A DNA stretch of 64,000 bases from Candidatus Aminicenantes bacterium (GCA_017883285.1 JADGNV010000098.1:244-64243); one strand, 5' to 3'; positions 10,401-18,506 are shown, numbered from the stretch's first letter. The notes: generated from the letters alone by a model not told the origin. Translations and numbers: made by a program.

Positions 10401-10586
10401 GGGTGGAGTTTAGCGTTAGACGAGATCAATTATCAAAAAACCGGCCTCCGAACGGGCGGTCTCCTCGATATCCATATCGTTACGGATGAAGATATCGCCA
10501 GACGGGAGAGCTACGCGGTGAAAATCGACGCGGTCACCGACGCGGCAAGACCCCTGACTCTGAAGAAGCCCGAGCCGATAAGCTAA
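7395..10586 (+). CDS. Multidomain protein: N-terminal sensor-like domain + PPDK_N ATP-grasp + GRWGS/GTHFF domain + C-terminal Pol-beta-type nucleotidyltransferase
   Basis: I place the start at the ATG at 7395, which overlaps the upstream stop (ATGCCTGA) and has GAGGAG about 9 nt upstream. N-terminus: ERAKELNCLYKIEELL...GPFLKEETKLLGTIVERL. ATP-grasp: GRLGGKSTGL, VRSSSLLED, MGIMIQEVVG. Then GPGRWGS...SFGTHFFQD. C-terminus about 10251-10583: VFGSTKNATAGPQSDIDLLV...LLDIHIV, which fits the GS-x10-DxD NTase motif. Confidence 0.85.
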   Translation: MPDQPKNSDNLIWFLSERAKELNCLYKIEELLNRPDASLDDICYGIIEAIPPGWQYPDICVAQIALEGHTCQSLNFKETPWVQFADIKVQEQQIGRLSIHYTAEMPHMDDGPFLKEETKLLGTIVERLGHYIQYARMKQVYQEYQAARGNRTERTAEEWRFALNFLRETNKNLFLDISRRMLNFLCWSGISDAEVLLQKAGGGLRSRDDGAPTGENRPDPKSSASFSAQLLDETFKLAAKHLTNEQILANIQKWIQEDRLSFLVQITNRNLPLAKVVDAIRRYHHIAAEGIELPPPSQRGVQVSLIQRFLSARQEFVNTAVEYIDIDDFYEVLAHIVFSPESQGRLGGKSTGLFLAKHIIRKCGSSSDLLRDIKVPKTWYITSDGLLSFLNYNNLNEAVEQKYKDINQVRLEYPHLVQTFKNSVFPTDIIQGLSVVLDDFKDQPLIVRSSSLLEDRMGSSFSGKYKSLFLANQGSKQERLEALTDAIAEVYASTFGPDPIGYRAERGRLDFAEEMGIMIQEVVGTKVGDYFLPAYAGVAFSRNEFRWSPRIRREDGLLRLVPGLGTRAVDRIGDDYPVLMAPGQIGLRVNVSPDEIVRYAPKNVDAINLKKNTFETVEIKDLLKKFGHEIPAVERMVSIHDGPRIRQPVGKNIDFTKDDLIVTFEGLIMDTRFIPRLKSLLQLLEEKLKTPVDIEFASDGKDFYLVQCRPQSYFEGCEPSPVPQDTPKEKILFFSSRFVSNGRVPDITHIVYVNPERYDALNDEPALLAVGRAVGKLNKLLPRRRFILMGPGRWGSRGDIKLGVKVTYSDISNTAVLVEIARKKGDYSPDLSFGTHFFQDLVEAEIRYLPLYPGEKGTKFNEDFFLKSPNILPQILPEFAFLADIVRVIDIPKSTDGLVLKVLMNADRDEAAGILDSPSLGASVPIVSREPAEKRSENFWAWRLRMAERLTSRLDAIRFGVKGLYVFGSTKNATAGPQSDIDLLVHFQGTKEQRQELLVWLEGWSLALDEINYQKTGLRTGGLLDIHIVTDEDIARRESYAVKIDAVTDAARPLTLKKPEPIS

Positions 10587-11446
10587 ATATGCTGTCGGGC
10601 GGCCGCCGCCAGATCGTCGGGATCAAATCTAACGAGGGCCAGCTCCGGACCATCGTGAGCAGCGGAAAAACAATGGGTGCGCCCAATCAGGTCTCTCCAA
10701 GACCACGAGAGTTTGGCGGATTCATGGACATGTCCGTGCAGGGTGAGCAGAGGCTGGCGGCTTTCAATAAAGCGCCGGACGGCAATGCTGCCCACATGCG
10801 GATCGAGCGGGACGTGATCAATCATCTTGCCTTCCAGCCCGGCCAGATCGAGCGCAGTTTTATAAGGGGGGGAATGGAAAAGAAAGATAGCTTTGTCCAT
10901 ACTATCATCACCTGTCAAGCGGGCGAGATCATCTTGAATAGTGGCGTAACGTTTTTCTTGGTCCGAGACCGGGAAGGAACGGATTCCCTCTTCGGGGGAA
11001 ATGCTGCCCAGATCGACAAAGCGAGAAACATCATATCGTTCCCAATCTTTTAGACGATAGGGAGTCGGCGGAACATAGGTATAACCATAGATCTGATAAT
11101 CACGAAAACCAGTTTTCCGATTATGGATATACTCCCATATCCCCTGAGAGGCGACGTCTCGGACCGCGGCTTCTTCAAAACGGGGGTCATCGTTGCCCAT
11201 GATGAGAAAAACCCGGGGATAAGCGTTCTTGAGGTCCTGGCGCAAGCGGATCAACTGTTTCAGAAGATATTTATAGATAAAATCTCTTGGGGAGATATGA
11301 ACGGACGTCGGTGGGTAATATGGCGCCGGTAGAAAATCTCCCCCGATGAAAACCGATTCAGGCCGCTCAGCCCCTATGGCTTGGAAGAGTTTTTGGTACC
11401 GCGCGGGATTTCCATGCAAATCTGTGACAAAAAAACAATTCGCCAT
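10583..11446 (-). CDS. Metallophosphoesterase (calcineurin-like)
   Basis: 287 aa with the ordered motifs DLHG, GGDF, GNDD, FHSPP and HGHVHE. Its stop overlaps the stop of the convergent 7395..10586 gene by 4 nt. Confidence 0.85.
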   Translation of the reverse strand: MANCFFVTDLHGNPARYQKLFQAIGAERPESVFIGGDFLPAPYYPPTSVHISPRDFIYKYLLKQLIRLRQDLKNAYPRVFLIMGNDDPRFEEAAVRDVASQGIWEYIHNRKTGFRDYQIYGYTYVPPTPYRLKDWERYDVSRFVDLGSISPEEGIRSFPVSDQEKRYATIQDDLARLTGDDSMDKAIFLFHSPPYKTALDLAGLEGKMIDHVPLDPHVGSIAVRRFIESRQPLLTLHGHVHESAKLSWSWRDLIGRTHCFSAAHDGPELALVRFDPDDLAAAARQHI

Positions 11447-11472
11447 TTTTCTTTTTAAAATCTTTACAATAT

Positions 11473-12183
11473 CTAAGGCTTGGATTCCGCTTCGAATTTA
11501 TATCCCACGCCGTGAACCGTGTGAATATATTTTCTGGCTCTGCCGAGTTTTTTCCGGATGCCCGTAATCTGGTAATCCACGACCCTCTCGGTGATGGAGT
11601 AGTTGTCTTCGCGGACGTGATCCAAGATCCGAGACCGGGTAAAGACTTGATTCGGATTTCCGGCCAACAACGAGAGGATGTCGAATTCCGTTTTCGTGAG
11701 GTCGATTTTTTCTCCGTCGGCATGGACTTCGTAGGCGTCGAGGTTGATCGCCAACTCGTCGAATTCTAGGATGTGCCGGTCGCTGTTTTCCGATTTGTTT
11801 TTTCTGCGGAGCAGGGCGTGGATGCGGGCGATCAAGATTTGTGGCTCGAAGGGTTTGATGACATAATCATCCGCGTATTCTTTCAAGCCGAGGACGACGT
11901 CCTCGATCTTTCTTTTCCCGGTGAGCAGAATGATGAAGATATTGGCGGTTTGCACATCCTTCTTGAGAATCTGGCAGACTTTGTACCCGTCGATTCCGGG
12001 AAGGACGAGGTCCAAGAGAATCAGGTCGGGCTTTTCTTTACGGGTGATGATGACCGCTTCTTCCCCGGTTTGCGTGGATAATACTTTAAAGCCTTCTTTC
12101 TCGAGGATAAAGGCAAGGCTCTTTTGAAGACAGACATCATCTTCGACCAAAAGGATTTTGACTTTAGCCTGAGTTTCAGTCAT
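11473..12183 (-). CDS. OmpR/PhoB-family response regulator
   Basis: 236 aa. The receiver has LLVEDD, LILLDLVLPGIDG, ILLTGK and VIKPF. The winged-helix output has LTKTEFDILSLL and VHGVGYKF. Confidence 0.95.
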   Translation of the reverse strand: MTETQAKVKILLVEDDVCLQKSLAFILEKEGFKVLSTQTGEEAVIITRKEKPDLILLDLVLPGIDGYKVCQILKKDVQTANIFIILLTGKRKIEDVVLGLKEYADDYVIKPFEPQILIARIHALLRRKNKSENSDRHILEFDELAINLDAYEVHADGEKIDLTKTEFDILSLLAGNPNQVFTRSRILDHVREDNYSITERVVDYQITGIRKKLGRARKYIHTVHGVGYKFEAESKP

Positions 12184-12348
12184 AGATTGTCGCTCTTCTT
12201 GATTAGGCCGGGCTCATCTAATTTTTGATAGGCTTGGGTCGCCTGCCTCCCCTATTTTAATATGGCCCCAACAAAAATCAAACAAAATCCCAATAATTTC
12301 TAAAAAAGAACGGAGTTTCTCCGAAGCCTTGCTTCACGCCAACCCGAG

Positions 12349-13794
12349 TCACAGGCTACGATCGCTTCGAGCGTAAGTTTTTTGCCATTTCGCAAAAATC
12401 GAAATCAAGGTATCGCTCAATTTTGAGCCGCTTCCGTGGATCGGACGAAGCTCTTCGGCGAGCTTCGAATAGCCTTTTCTGTCCAACCAGGAGGAAATGA
12501 CATCGTTGTCGGAGAGCGGCTGGATGGCTTCGGACGGAACCGTCTGCAGCGCATGCAGGAGATCATCGAGGGTGAACGCTTTGAGGCCGTCGATGGTCAG
12601 GGGCGTGGCGTCGAGCTGGTGAATTTCTTTTTCCAGATGTCTTTTCAACAATGCGATCAGCCTCCGGCCCTGGCTGCGCTTGGGCCGCAGGACATCTCCG
12701 AGCTCTTGGTAGCTGTGCATATAAAGCCAGGTGGAGAATTTATCTTTTTGCCCGTAACTTTCCATGATTTTTCTCAGCTCCCGCGCAGGCTTGGTATTTT
12801 TTTCCGCGGCCCGTAGAATCCGGACCAGGCCTTGGATGTTTTTGATCCGATGCAGCTCCCGGCCGCTTTTGTCGAAAATCAAGAAGTCTCCCATCCCGGA
12901 ATGATCATGAATATGATCCTTGAGTTTATGAAGGCTCCCCGGATCTCCCTTGGGCAGAAGGAAGGCCGCGCCTTTTAACTCCTCGGCCTCCTTGGCTTTC
13001 GAAGCGATGATGATGGGAATCCGGGGGTAAAAGTGGGTGATCAAGCGGACGAGATCACGGCCGGCATCGTTGTCGGGCCGATGGGCTTTCGGAAAAAAAA
13101 CATCGGTGATCAAGCAAACGACATCGTCTCCATGGCCGCGCGATCGATAATCGCGGCCGTCGATTCGGGATTCGTCCTCCACGCCGAAGAGAAAGCGCAT
13201 GGTTTCTTCGTATGTTCGGGTGATCATCACGTCCGCGCGCTGCCCGATGATGCCGTAAAGAGTCGGCAGGAATTCCGAGAACCAGCGCGGTTCGTCGTCC
13301 ACGACTAGAAAGATAAACCGCCGGACTTTTGACGATTTCCGGATATTGATCAAATCTTCGGCGGCCCTGACGACCGAAGTGATGATCAGGGGAGGAACGA
13401 GGCTCGTCGTGCTGTAGGCAAAAACAAGATCGGCCTTGGCCGTGAAGGGATATTTGACTTGGGCCGGCTGGGGGGGCGAACAGTGAATAAAGGGATTTGC
13501 CGAAAACAGAACGAGCACGGAATCGGGATTATCTCTCCGGATTTTTCCGGCATCGACAAGCGGCAGGCTCGTATCGTCAAAGAGGAAAACCGTTGCCTGA
13601 TCGGATTTATATTGGGCCACGGACTGCGGGCTGCAGAGAATTTCGGTCTTGAGCCAGGGCATGTTTTCATCGAGGATCTGGGCGGATTCCCGGATCCGGG
13701 CTTCCGCGCAAAAGAAGACGGCCGAGGCGATCTTGACCGGATTGATGATTCGGGGGATGAAGGGAAATTCCCGGATCGGCTTTCTATCTGCCAT
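12349..13794 (-). CDS. Receiver-domain protein with uncharacterised N- and C-terminal domains
   Basis: The central receiver has FLVVDDEP (acidic pair), CLITDVFFP (phospho-acceptor Asp), IIIASKA and LLPKG. The start is set at MADRKPI (13794), which overlaps the upstream PPDK_N gene stop by 11 nt; the track start 13836 is possible. The C-terminus is homologous to the remnant at 2343..2507. Confidence 0.75.
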   Translation of the reverse strand: MADRKPIREFPFIPRIINPVKIASAVFFCAEARIRESAQILDENMPWLKTEILCSPQSVAQYKSDQATVFLFDDTSLPLVDAGKIRRDNPDSVLVLFSANPFIHCSPPQPAQVKYPFTAKADLVFAYSTTSLVPPLIITSVVRAAEDLINIRKSSKVRRFIFLVVDDEPRWFSEFLPTLYGIIGQRADVMITRTYEETMRFLFGVEDESRIDGRDYRSRGHGDDVVCLITDVFFPKAHRPDNDAGRDLVRLITHFYPRIPIIIASKAKEAEELKGAAFLLPKGDPGSLHKLKDHIHDHSGMGDFLIFDKSGRELHRIKNIQGLVRILRAAEKNTKPARELRKIMESYGQKDKFSTWLYMHSYQELGDVLRPKRSQGRRLIALLKRHLEKEIHQLDATPLTIDGLKAFTLDDLLHALQTVPSEAIQPLSDNDVISSWLDRKGYSKLAEELRPIHGSGSKLSDTLISIFAKWQKTYARSDRSL

Positions 13795-15454
13795 TTTCGA
13801 GGATGACCTTGCAGCGTTGCCGGATCGAGTCCGCATAAAGCGTCGCTGGACGAGGAAACGTCAAAAGGGACAGGGGCTCATCGGGCTGGGGCGAGGAAAA
13901 AAGCCACGGATCCAATTTGTCCCGACCGGGCATAATATAGCCGTAAATGATGTTGTTGCCCATCAGGTTTGTTAAGAAATGCGTTCCCTGCGTCCCATAC
14001 ATCCGGGTTTGAAGCCTTTTTTGGTCTTCGTCAAAGCCGCCTTGAATCATATAAAGAAAATGACTGCCATAGATCCCGCCGGTCAAGTAGCCTTCTTCCA
14101 GGAGAGGCTCCGCCCGACCGGCGATATCCACGCCGTATTCAAAAATGGCCGCCGCCCGGTCGACGTCCTTGTAATCCACGGAGAGCCCCCAATCCCGATT
14201 TTTGCTGCCCAACCGGCCGGGAACGATCAGGATGTAGCGCTCCCGGGCCTCCAGCATTTGACGGTTGATGGCGGCGATTTTGCCGCAGACCGGATCATGC
14301 AGGTCCTTCGTATAAGTGAAGGGAGAAACAACGACCGCATATTTAATCCCCCTGACGATGCCGTGTCCTTGAGAATTCGTGATCGCCAGAAACGTATGGC
14401 GGGGCTTTTGGGGAATTTGAAAAGACTCGAGTTTGAGCTCCGGCAGCGGCGTGAGCTGAACGATGGAAAACGTCCCGTCTTCTTTGTCCTTCTTGGCGAA
14501 GTTGATGTTGAAAACGAATTCGATCTGAAAATAGGGCGTGATGTGGGAGGCGATCGTTTCCATAATCTCGGCGAGGCTGGTTTTGAAACGGAAATGATCG
14601 TTTTGAATGAGCTCTTCGATGGTGATGAAGTTGTTGTGGAGCCCCAGCAATTTGATTTTATGGAAATTGGCGAACCGGATGTGCAATTTTTTCATGGTTT
14701 CCATTTCCTCTCCCTTCAAATCTCTATTCTTGGTCATGTCCAGAGCATAGAAATATTGCTGACCGTTCCCGATCTGGAGCAATTTGAGAGGAAGGGGGTT
14801 TTTGATGGTCGCCATGGAAATGACGGGAAAGTCATCCAGGACGGTGGCATACCCATGGCCGAAGGCGATCCGGGCGAAGCCTTCTGCCGGATCCTGCGTT
14901 TTCAGGGCATGGGGAAAATAGGAATTTGCGACTCCGGAGATATAGGGATAATAACAGGGCCCGGCCAGCGTATCATCGAAAATGCCGGGGATAGGGTTCA
15001 AAATGATCGCCATTTTTTCCCGGCTTGAAGGAGGCTGCTTCCGCTTAAAATCATGATAGATGTGGGAGATCGCCTGGTGGACTTGTTGAACGCGCATATG
15101 ATAATCCGGGTGATTGTTGGGCAGCATGTGGGATGTGTATTCTCCGGCATGAATGAGGGCCGCACCTCGGGCGGACGTCGCGGCTTCATTCGTCGCCGAG
15201 GAGCGAACGCCGATGGGGGCATCCCCCAATTCGGCTATAATCGAAGCCACGATATCCGATTCTTTTTTGTCGAATTTTCCGCCGCGGTCCATAAAACGGT
15301 CGTAGAATATAGTCGTGAGAATGCGCGTTTTGAGCTTATGGGCCTTCGGGATCGGACATTCATTGATTTTGGCCAGGCCGAGCCCTTTCCCGCCCGGAGA
15401 CCCCTCGCCGTAGATTTTCACGTCCCCGATTTTTTCAACGATTTTTAGACTCAT
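13784..15454 (-). CDS. PEP/pyruvate-binding (PPDK_N ATP-grasp) domain protein, paralog 3
   Basis: 556 aa with GEGSPGGKGLGL, VRSSATNEA and MAIILNPIPG...ISGVANSY. The C-terminal domain has VPGRLGS...IYGSHFLYM and TQGTHFLTN. No GG.T.HAA-type swivel motif is present. Confidence 0.85.
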   Translation of the reverse strand: MSLKIVEKIGDVKIYGEGSPGGKGLGLAKINECPIPKAHKLKTRILTTIFYDRFMDRGGKFDKKESDIVASIIAELGDAPIGVRSSATNEAATSARGAALIHAGEYTSHMLPNNHPDYHMRVQQVHQAISHIYHDFKRKQPPSSREKMAIILNPIPGIFDDTLAGPCYYPYISGVANSYFPHALKTQDPAEGFARIAFGHGYATVLDDFPVISMATIKNPLPLKLLQIGNGQQYFYALDMTKNRDLKGEEMETMKKLHIRFANFHKIKLLGLHNNFITIEELIQNDHFRFKTSLAEIMETIASHITPYFQIEFVFNINFAKKDKEDGTFSIVQLTPLPELKLESFQIPQKPRHTFLAITNSQGHGIVRGIKYAVVVSPFTYTKDLHDPVCGKIAAINRQMLEARERYILIVPGRLGSKNRDWGLSVDYKDVDRAAAIFEYGVDIAGRAEPLLEEGYLTGGIYGSHFLYMIQGGFDEDQKRLQTRMYGTQGTHFLTNLMGNNIIYGYIMPGRDKLDPWLFSSPQPDEPLSLLTFPRPATLYADSIRQRCKVILENGR

Positions 15455-15756
15455 CGTCCTACGAGAATCTTAGGTGAAAACCCGCATTTAGTAAAGCATC
15501 GGCCATTACCCGTCGACCCATGGAAAGATTTTTGCTTGGCAAGATACAATGCCTCGCGTTTCCGGCCGCTTGGCGCTGATGATCCACCAGGCGAACATTT
15601 TTTTCTGGGAGATTGTAACGCGCCCGAGGTTCGCCTTCGCCCGGGCGGCGCTCTGCAAAGAGTTCTTAGGCGCCGCGGCTGAGCGCTGGGTCCTATTTCG
15701 GGAATCCCGGGAGGGGGCTATAATAGGGGGGCGGTGCCGCGGGGAGGCCGCGAGGG

Positions 15757-16485
15757 ATGACGATCATGAAACCGCGCATTCTGATTCTCGGTCCGCCGAA
15801 AAAGGCCGCCTATTTCGCACCCTACCTCGAAGCCGTCCGGGGCGTGGGCGGCGATCCCGAGCTCGCCTGGCCGGGGGCCGGATTTCGCGGAGAGGAGAAG
15901 GCGCTGCGGGCCTTCCTCGGAAAATACCGCGGCGTTCTTTTTCCCGGCGGGGCCGATGTCGAGCCGCGCCGCTATGGCGAAGAGGCCTACGAAAATCCGG
16001 GACCGACCGACCCTGAATTGGATGAAGGCCAATTCGCGGTCATGAAGCTCGTTTTGAGCGGCGCGCTCCCGGCGCTTGCCATCTGCCGAGGTCTCCAGGT
16101 CCTGGGCGTCGCCGCCGGCGGCGCCCTCTATCAGGACATCCCGAGCCGGCGGCCGTCCGATGTGCGCCATAGCGTCCCCCACCCGAAGGACTTTCCGGCC
16201 CACGCCGTTCGCCTCCGGGAAGGGAGCGTCCTCGCGCGCCTGTCCGGCGCGCTCGAGTTCGAAGTCAACAGCCGCCATCACCAGGCCGTGAGGGAGGGTG
16301 GGGCCGCGGACCGCATCGGGCCGCTCGAGATCGTCGCCCGGGCAGCGGACGGCCTCATCGAGGGACTGGAGCACCCCGCCCATCCCTTTCTTGTGGCCGT
16401 CCAGTGGCACCCGGAAAACCTGGCCGCGGGCCATGCCCCGTCCAAGGGACTCTTTGAGGGCTTCGTCGCGGCCTGCCGGGAATAG
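15757..16485 (+). CDS. Class I glutamine amidotransferase / gamma-glutamyl-GABA hydrolase-like (peptidase C26)
   Basis: 242 aa with LAICRGLQVL (nucleophile Cys) and VAVQWHPE (His-Glu). Confidence 0.85.
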   Translation: MTIMKPRILILGPPKKAAYFAPYLEAVRGVGGDPELAWPGAGFRGEEKALRAFLGKYRGVLFPGGADVEPRRYGEEAYENPGPTDPELDEGQFAVMKLVLSGALPALAICRGLQVLGVAAGGALYQDIPSRRPSDVRHSVPHPKDFPAHAVRLREGSVLARLSGALEFEVNSRHHQAVREGGAADRIGPLEIVARAADGLIEGLEHPAHPFLVAVQWHPENLAAGHAPSKGLFEGFVAACRE

Positions 16486-16488
16486 CCC

Positions 16489-16857
16489 GTGGCCATCCTG
16501 TGTCCGAACTGCGGCCGCGAATACGATGTCACCCTGTTCCAATTCGGGGCGAGCGTCGCTTGCGATTGCGGAACGGCGGTGGACCCCTTCGGCGCGGAGC
16601 CCGTGGAGATGCCCATCGACGGCGTTTTGGACCTCCACACGTTCCAGCCTCAGGACGTCAAAGACCTCGTTCCGGAATATCTCGAGGCTTGCCGCGCCGC
16701 GGGGATCCTGCGGGTCAGGATCGTCCACGGCAAGGGGACCGGGGCCCTGCTCCAGACCGTCCATGCGATCCTGGTCCGGATACCGGACGTCGAATCCTTC
16801 GCCCTGGCGGACCCAACCGAAGGGGGCTGGGGAGCGACGATCGTCAAACTAAAATAA
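16489..16857 (+). CDS. Smr domain protein with N-terminal zinc-ribbon
   Basis: 122 aa. It has CPNCG...CDCG followed by LDLHTF...VRIVHGKGTGAL, the Smr signature. GTG start. Confidence 0.75.
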   Translation: MAILCPNCGREYDVTLFQFGASVACDCGTAVDPFGAEPVEMPIDGVLDLHTFQPQDVKDLVPEYLEACRAAGILRVRIVHGKGTGALLQTVHAILVRIPDVESFALADPTEGGWGATIVKLK

Positions 16858-16862
16858 AAAGG

Positions 16863-16919
16863 GGACTGTTCCATTTATTGGAGATTCTTGGCAATTACCG
16901 ACAATAAATAGAACTGTCC
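16863..16919 (+). terminator. Long AT-rich hairpin after the Smr gene
   Basis: GGACTGTTCCATTTATTG, a 21-nt loop, then CAATAAATAGAACTGTCC. This is an 18-bp stem with 2 mismatches, followed by GCTTTTCTTCTCTTT. Confidence 0.45.
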
Positions 16920-16949
16920 GCTTTTCTTCTCTTTGGCAACTCACGTCGG

Positions 16950-17095
16950 CCGGAGGATGCGCTCGGTCGGGCTCGGGGGGCGGCCCCAAGGCCCGCATAG
17001 CGGAGGGGAGTCCCATCGCGATAGCGATGGGGGGAACCGACGGGACTGGTTCCCCAGCGGGCCGGGGGCCGCCCCCCGAGCCCGACAGAACGTAC
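16950..17095. repeat. GC-rich nested-hairpin intergenic element, copy A
   Basis: Long outer inverted repeat: gctcggtcgggctcggggggcggcccc ... gggggccgccccccgagcccgacagaac. It encloses cggccccaaggcccgcatagcggagggg, the hairpin cccatcgc-gat-agcgatggg, and ggggggaaccgacgggactggttcccc. The two inner blocks recur in reverse complement at 32575..32705. Confidence 0.7.
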
Positions 17096-17144
17096 ATCCA
17101 GTTTTCTTGCCTTATCGTATATAATATTCGGATGCGTTCGGATT

Positions 17145-18506
17145 TTGAGTTCTCAGAGAAAAAAACCGAATGAAACGAAAGGATGCATCGCTTTGAGGAT
17201 TATCGTGAATCGTAAATCGCTCGTCATCGTCATGTTCGCGTTTGCCTTGCTCGTCGGCCCGGCCGCCGCGCCTGGCGCTCCCGCCGCCCGGCAGACCGCC
17301 GGCCAAATTGCCGCGCCTGCGGCCGCGCAGTCTGCGACGTCTGCGACGTCTGCGACGACCAGGTCGTCCTTGACGACCGAGTCGACCAGGTCGTCTTTGA
17401 CGACCGAGTCGGCCCAGCCCGCCCCGGCCGATCCGACGCTCGACGAAATCGCCGCCCTCCTCGCGGGCCTGCCCGGGGACGCGCCCTCCCTGAAGGCGCT
17501 CCGCGAGACGCCCGCCTGGGCCAAGTTCGCCGAGTCGATGGACAAGAGCTGGGCCGACCTCGAAGCGAAGCGGCTCGCGCCCATGCGGGCCTGGGCCGAG
17601 AAGGAGCTCTTCGACGCCCGGGCCTGGGGGAAGTTCATCTTCTATCCCTTCGGCGGACCCGACTTCATGACGGCCTTCGAACTCTTCCCCGAAGCGGAGA
17701 CCTACGTCCTGCTCGGCCTCGAATTCTGCGGCCGGCTGCCCCGGCCGGACGCCTGGAAAGCCCACCAGGCGGACGTCTATTGGAACAATCTTGCCAAGTC
17801 ACTTTCCGACTTCTTCGACAAGAGCTATTTCATCACCAAGCACATGGATGAAACCCTCTACGGCCAGGTCGAAGGCGTCCTGCCGATCGTCGCCTTTTTC
17901 CTGAAACGGACGGGGAACACCATCCTCGAGATCCGGCGGCTCGAGTTCGACGCCCAGGGCGAAGCCGTGGAATCATCCTACGACACGGCCAAGAAGTCGT
18001 TCCGGCCTTACGGGATCAAGATCAAATTCGCGGCCGTGGGGTCGGAGCAGGCGAAGACCATTTTCTATGTCTCGTGCGACCTGGAAAACAAGGCCTTCCG
18101 CAAGGACGCGCCGTTTACCTTGTACCTCGACAAGCTCGTGGCGCCGCCCGTGACGACGTATCTCAAATCGGCGTCCTACCTGTTGCACTATGCCGAATTT
18201 TCGAACATCCGGGAGATGATCATGGCCAAGAGCAAGTTCGTCGTCCAGGACGACACGGGTATTCCCTACAAGGCCTTCAAACCGGCGATGTGGCAGGTCC
18301 GGCTCTACGGCGAGTACGCCAAGCCGATCAAGGATTTCTCGGGCGTTGACCAGCCCGACCTCCAGAAGGCGTACGTGGAAGGAAAAGAGGTCATCCCGAA
18401 GCTGCCCTTCCACCTGGGCTATCACTGGCGGGACAGTCGGGACGCCCTGCTCCTCGTCGAAAAGAGGGACGTTCCGCTGCCGGAGCCCGCGCCGAAAAAG
18501 CGCTGA
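17145..18506 (+). CDS. Secreted protein of unknown function (signal peptide, repeat-containing N-terminal linker)
   Basis: 453 aa. A hydrophobic signal-like segment LVIVMFAFALLVGPAAAPGAPA is followed by a low-complexity repeat linker and then a non-repetitive domain (FYPFGGPDF..., LLHYAEFSNIR...). The start is uncertain. I recognise no family. Confidence 0.65.
   Translation: MSSQRKKPNETKGCIALRIIVNRKSLVIVMFAFALLVGPAAAPGAPAARQTAGQIAAPAAAQSATSATSATTRSSLTTESTRSSLTTESAQPAPADPTLDEIAALLAGLPGDAPSLKALRETPAWAKFAESMDKSWADLEAKRLAPMRAWAEKELFDARAWGKFIFYPFGGPDFMTAFELFPEAETYVLLGLEFCGRLPRPDAWKAHQADVYWNNLAKSLSDFFDKSYFITKHMDETLYGQVEGVLPIVAFFLKRTGNTILEIRRLEFDAQGEAVESSYDTAKKSFRPYGIKIKFAAVGSEQAKTIFYVSCDLENKAFRKDAPFTLYLDKLVAPPVTTYLKSASYLLHYAEFSNIREMIMAKSKFVVQDDTGIPYKAFKPAMWQVRLYGEYAKPIKDFSGVDQPDLQKAYVEGKEVIPKLPFHLGYHWRDSRDALLLVEKRDVPLPEPAPKKR
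17331..17411 (+). repeat. In-frame tandem repeats (3 x 9 bp, then 2 x 27 bp) with palindromic core
   Basis: tctgcgacg x3, then accaggtcgtc(c/t)ttgacgaccgagtcg x2. They encode SATSATSATTRSSLTTESTRSSLTTES. They contain the palindrome GACGACC-A-GGTCGTC. Confidence 0.85.
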
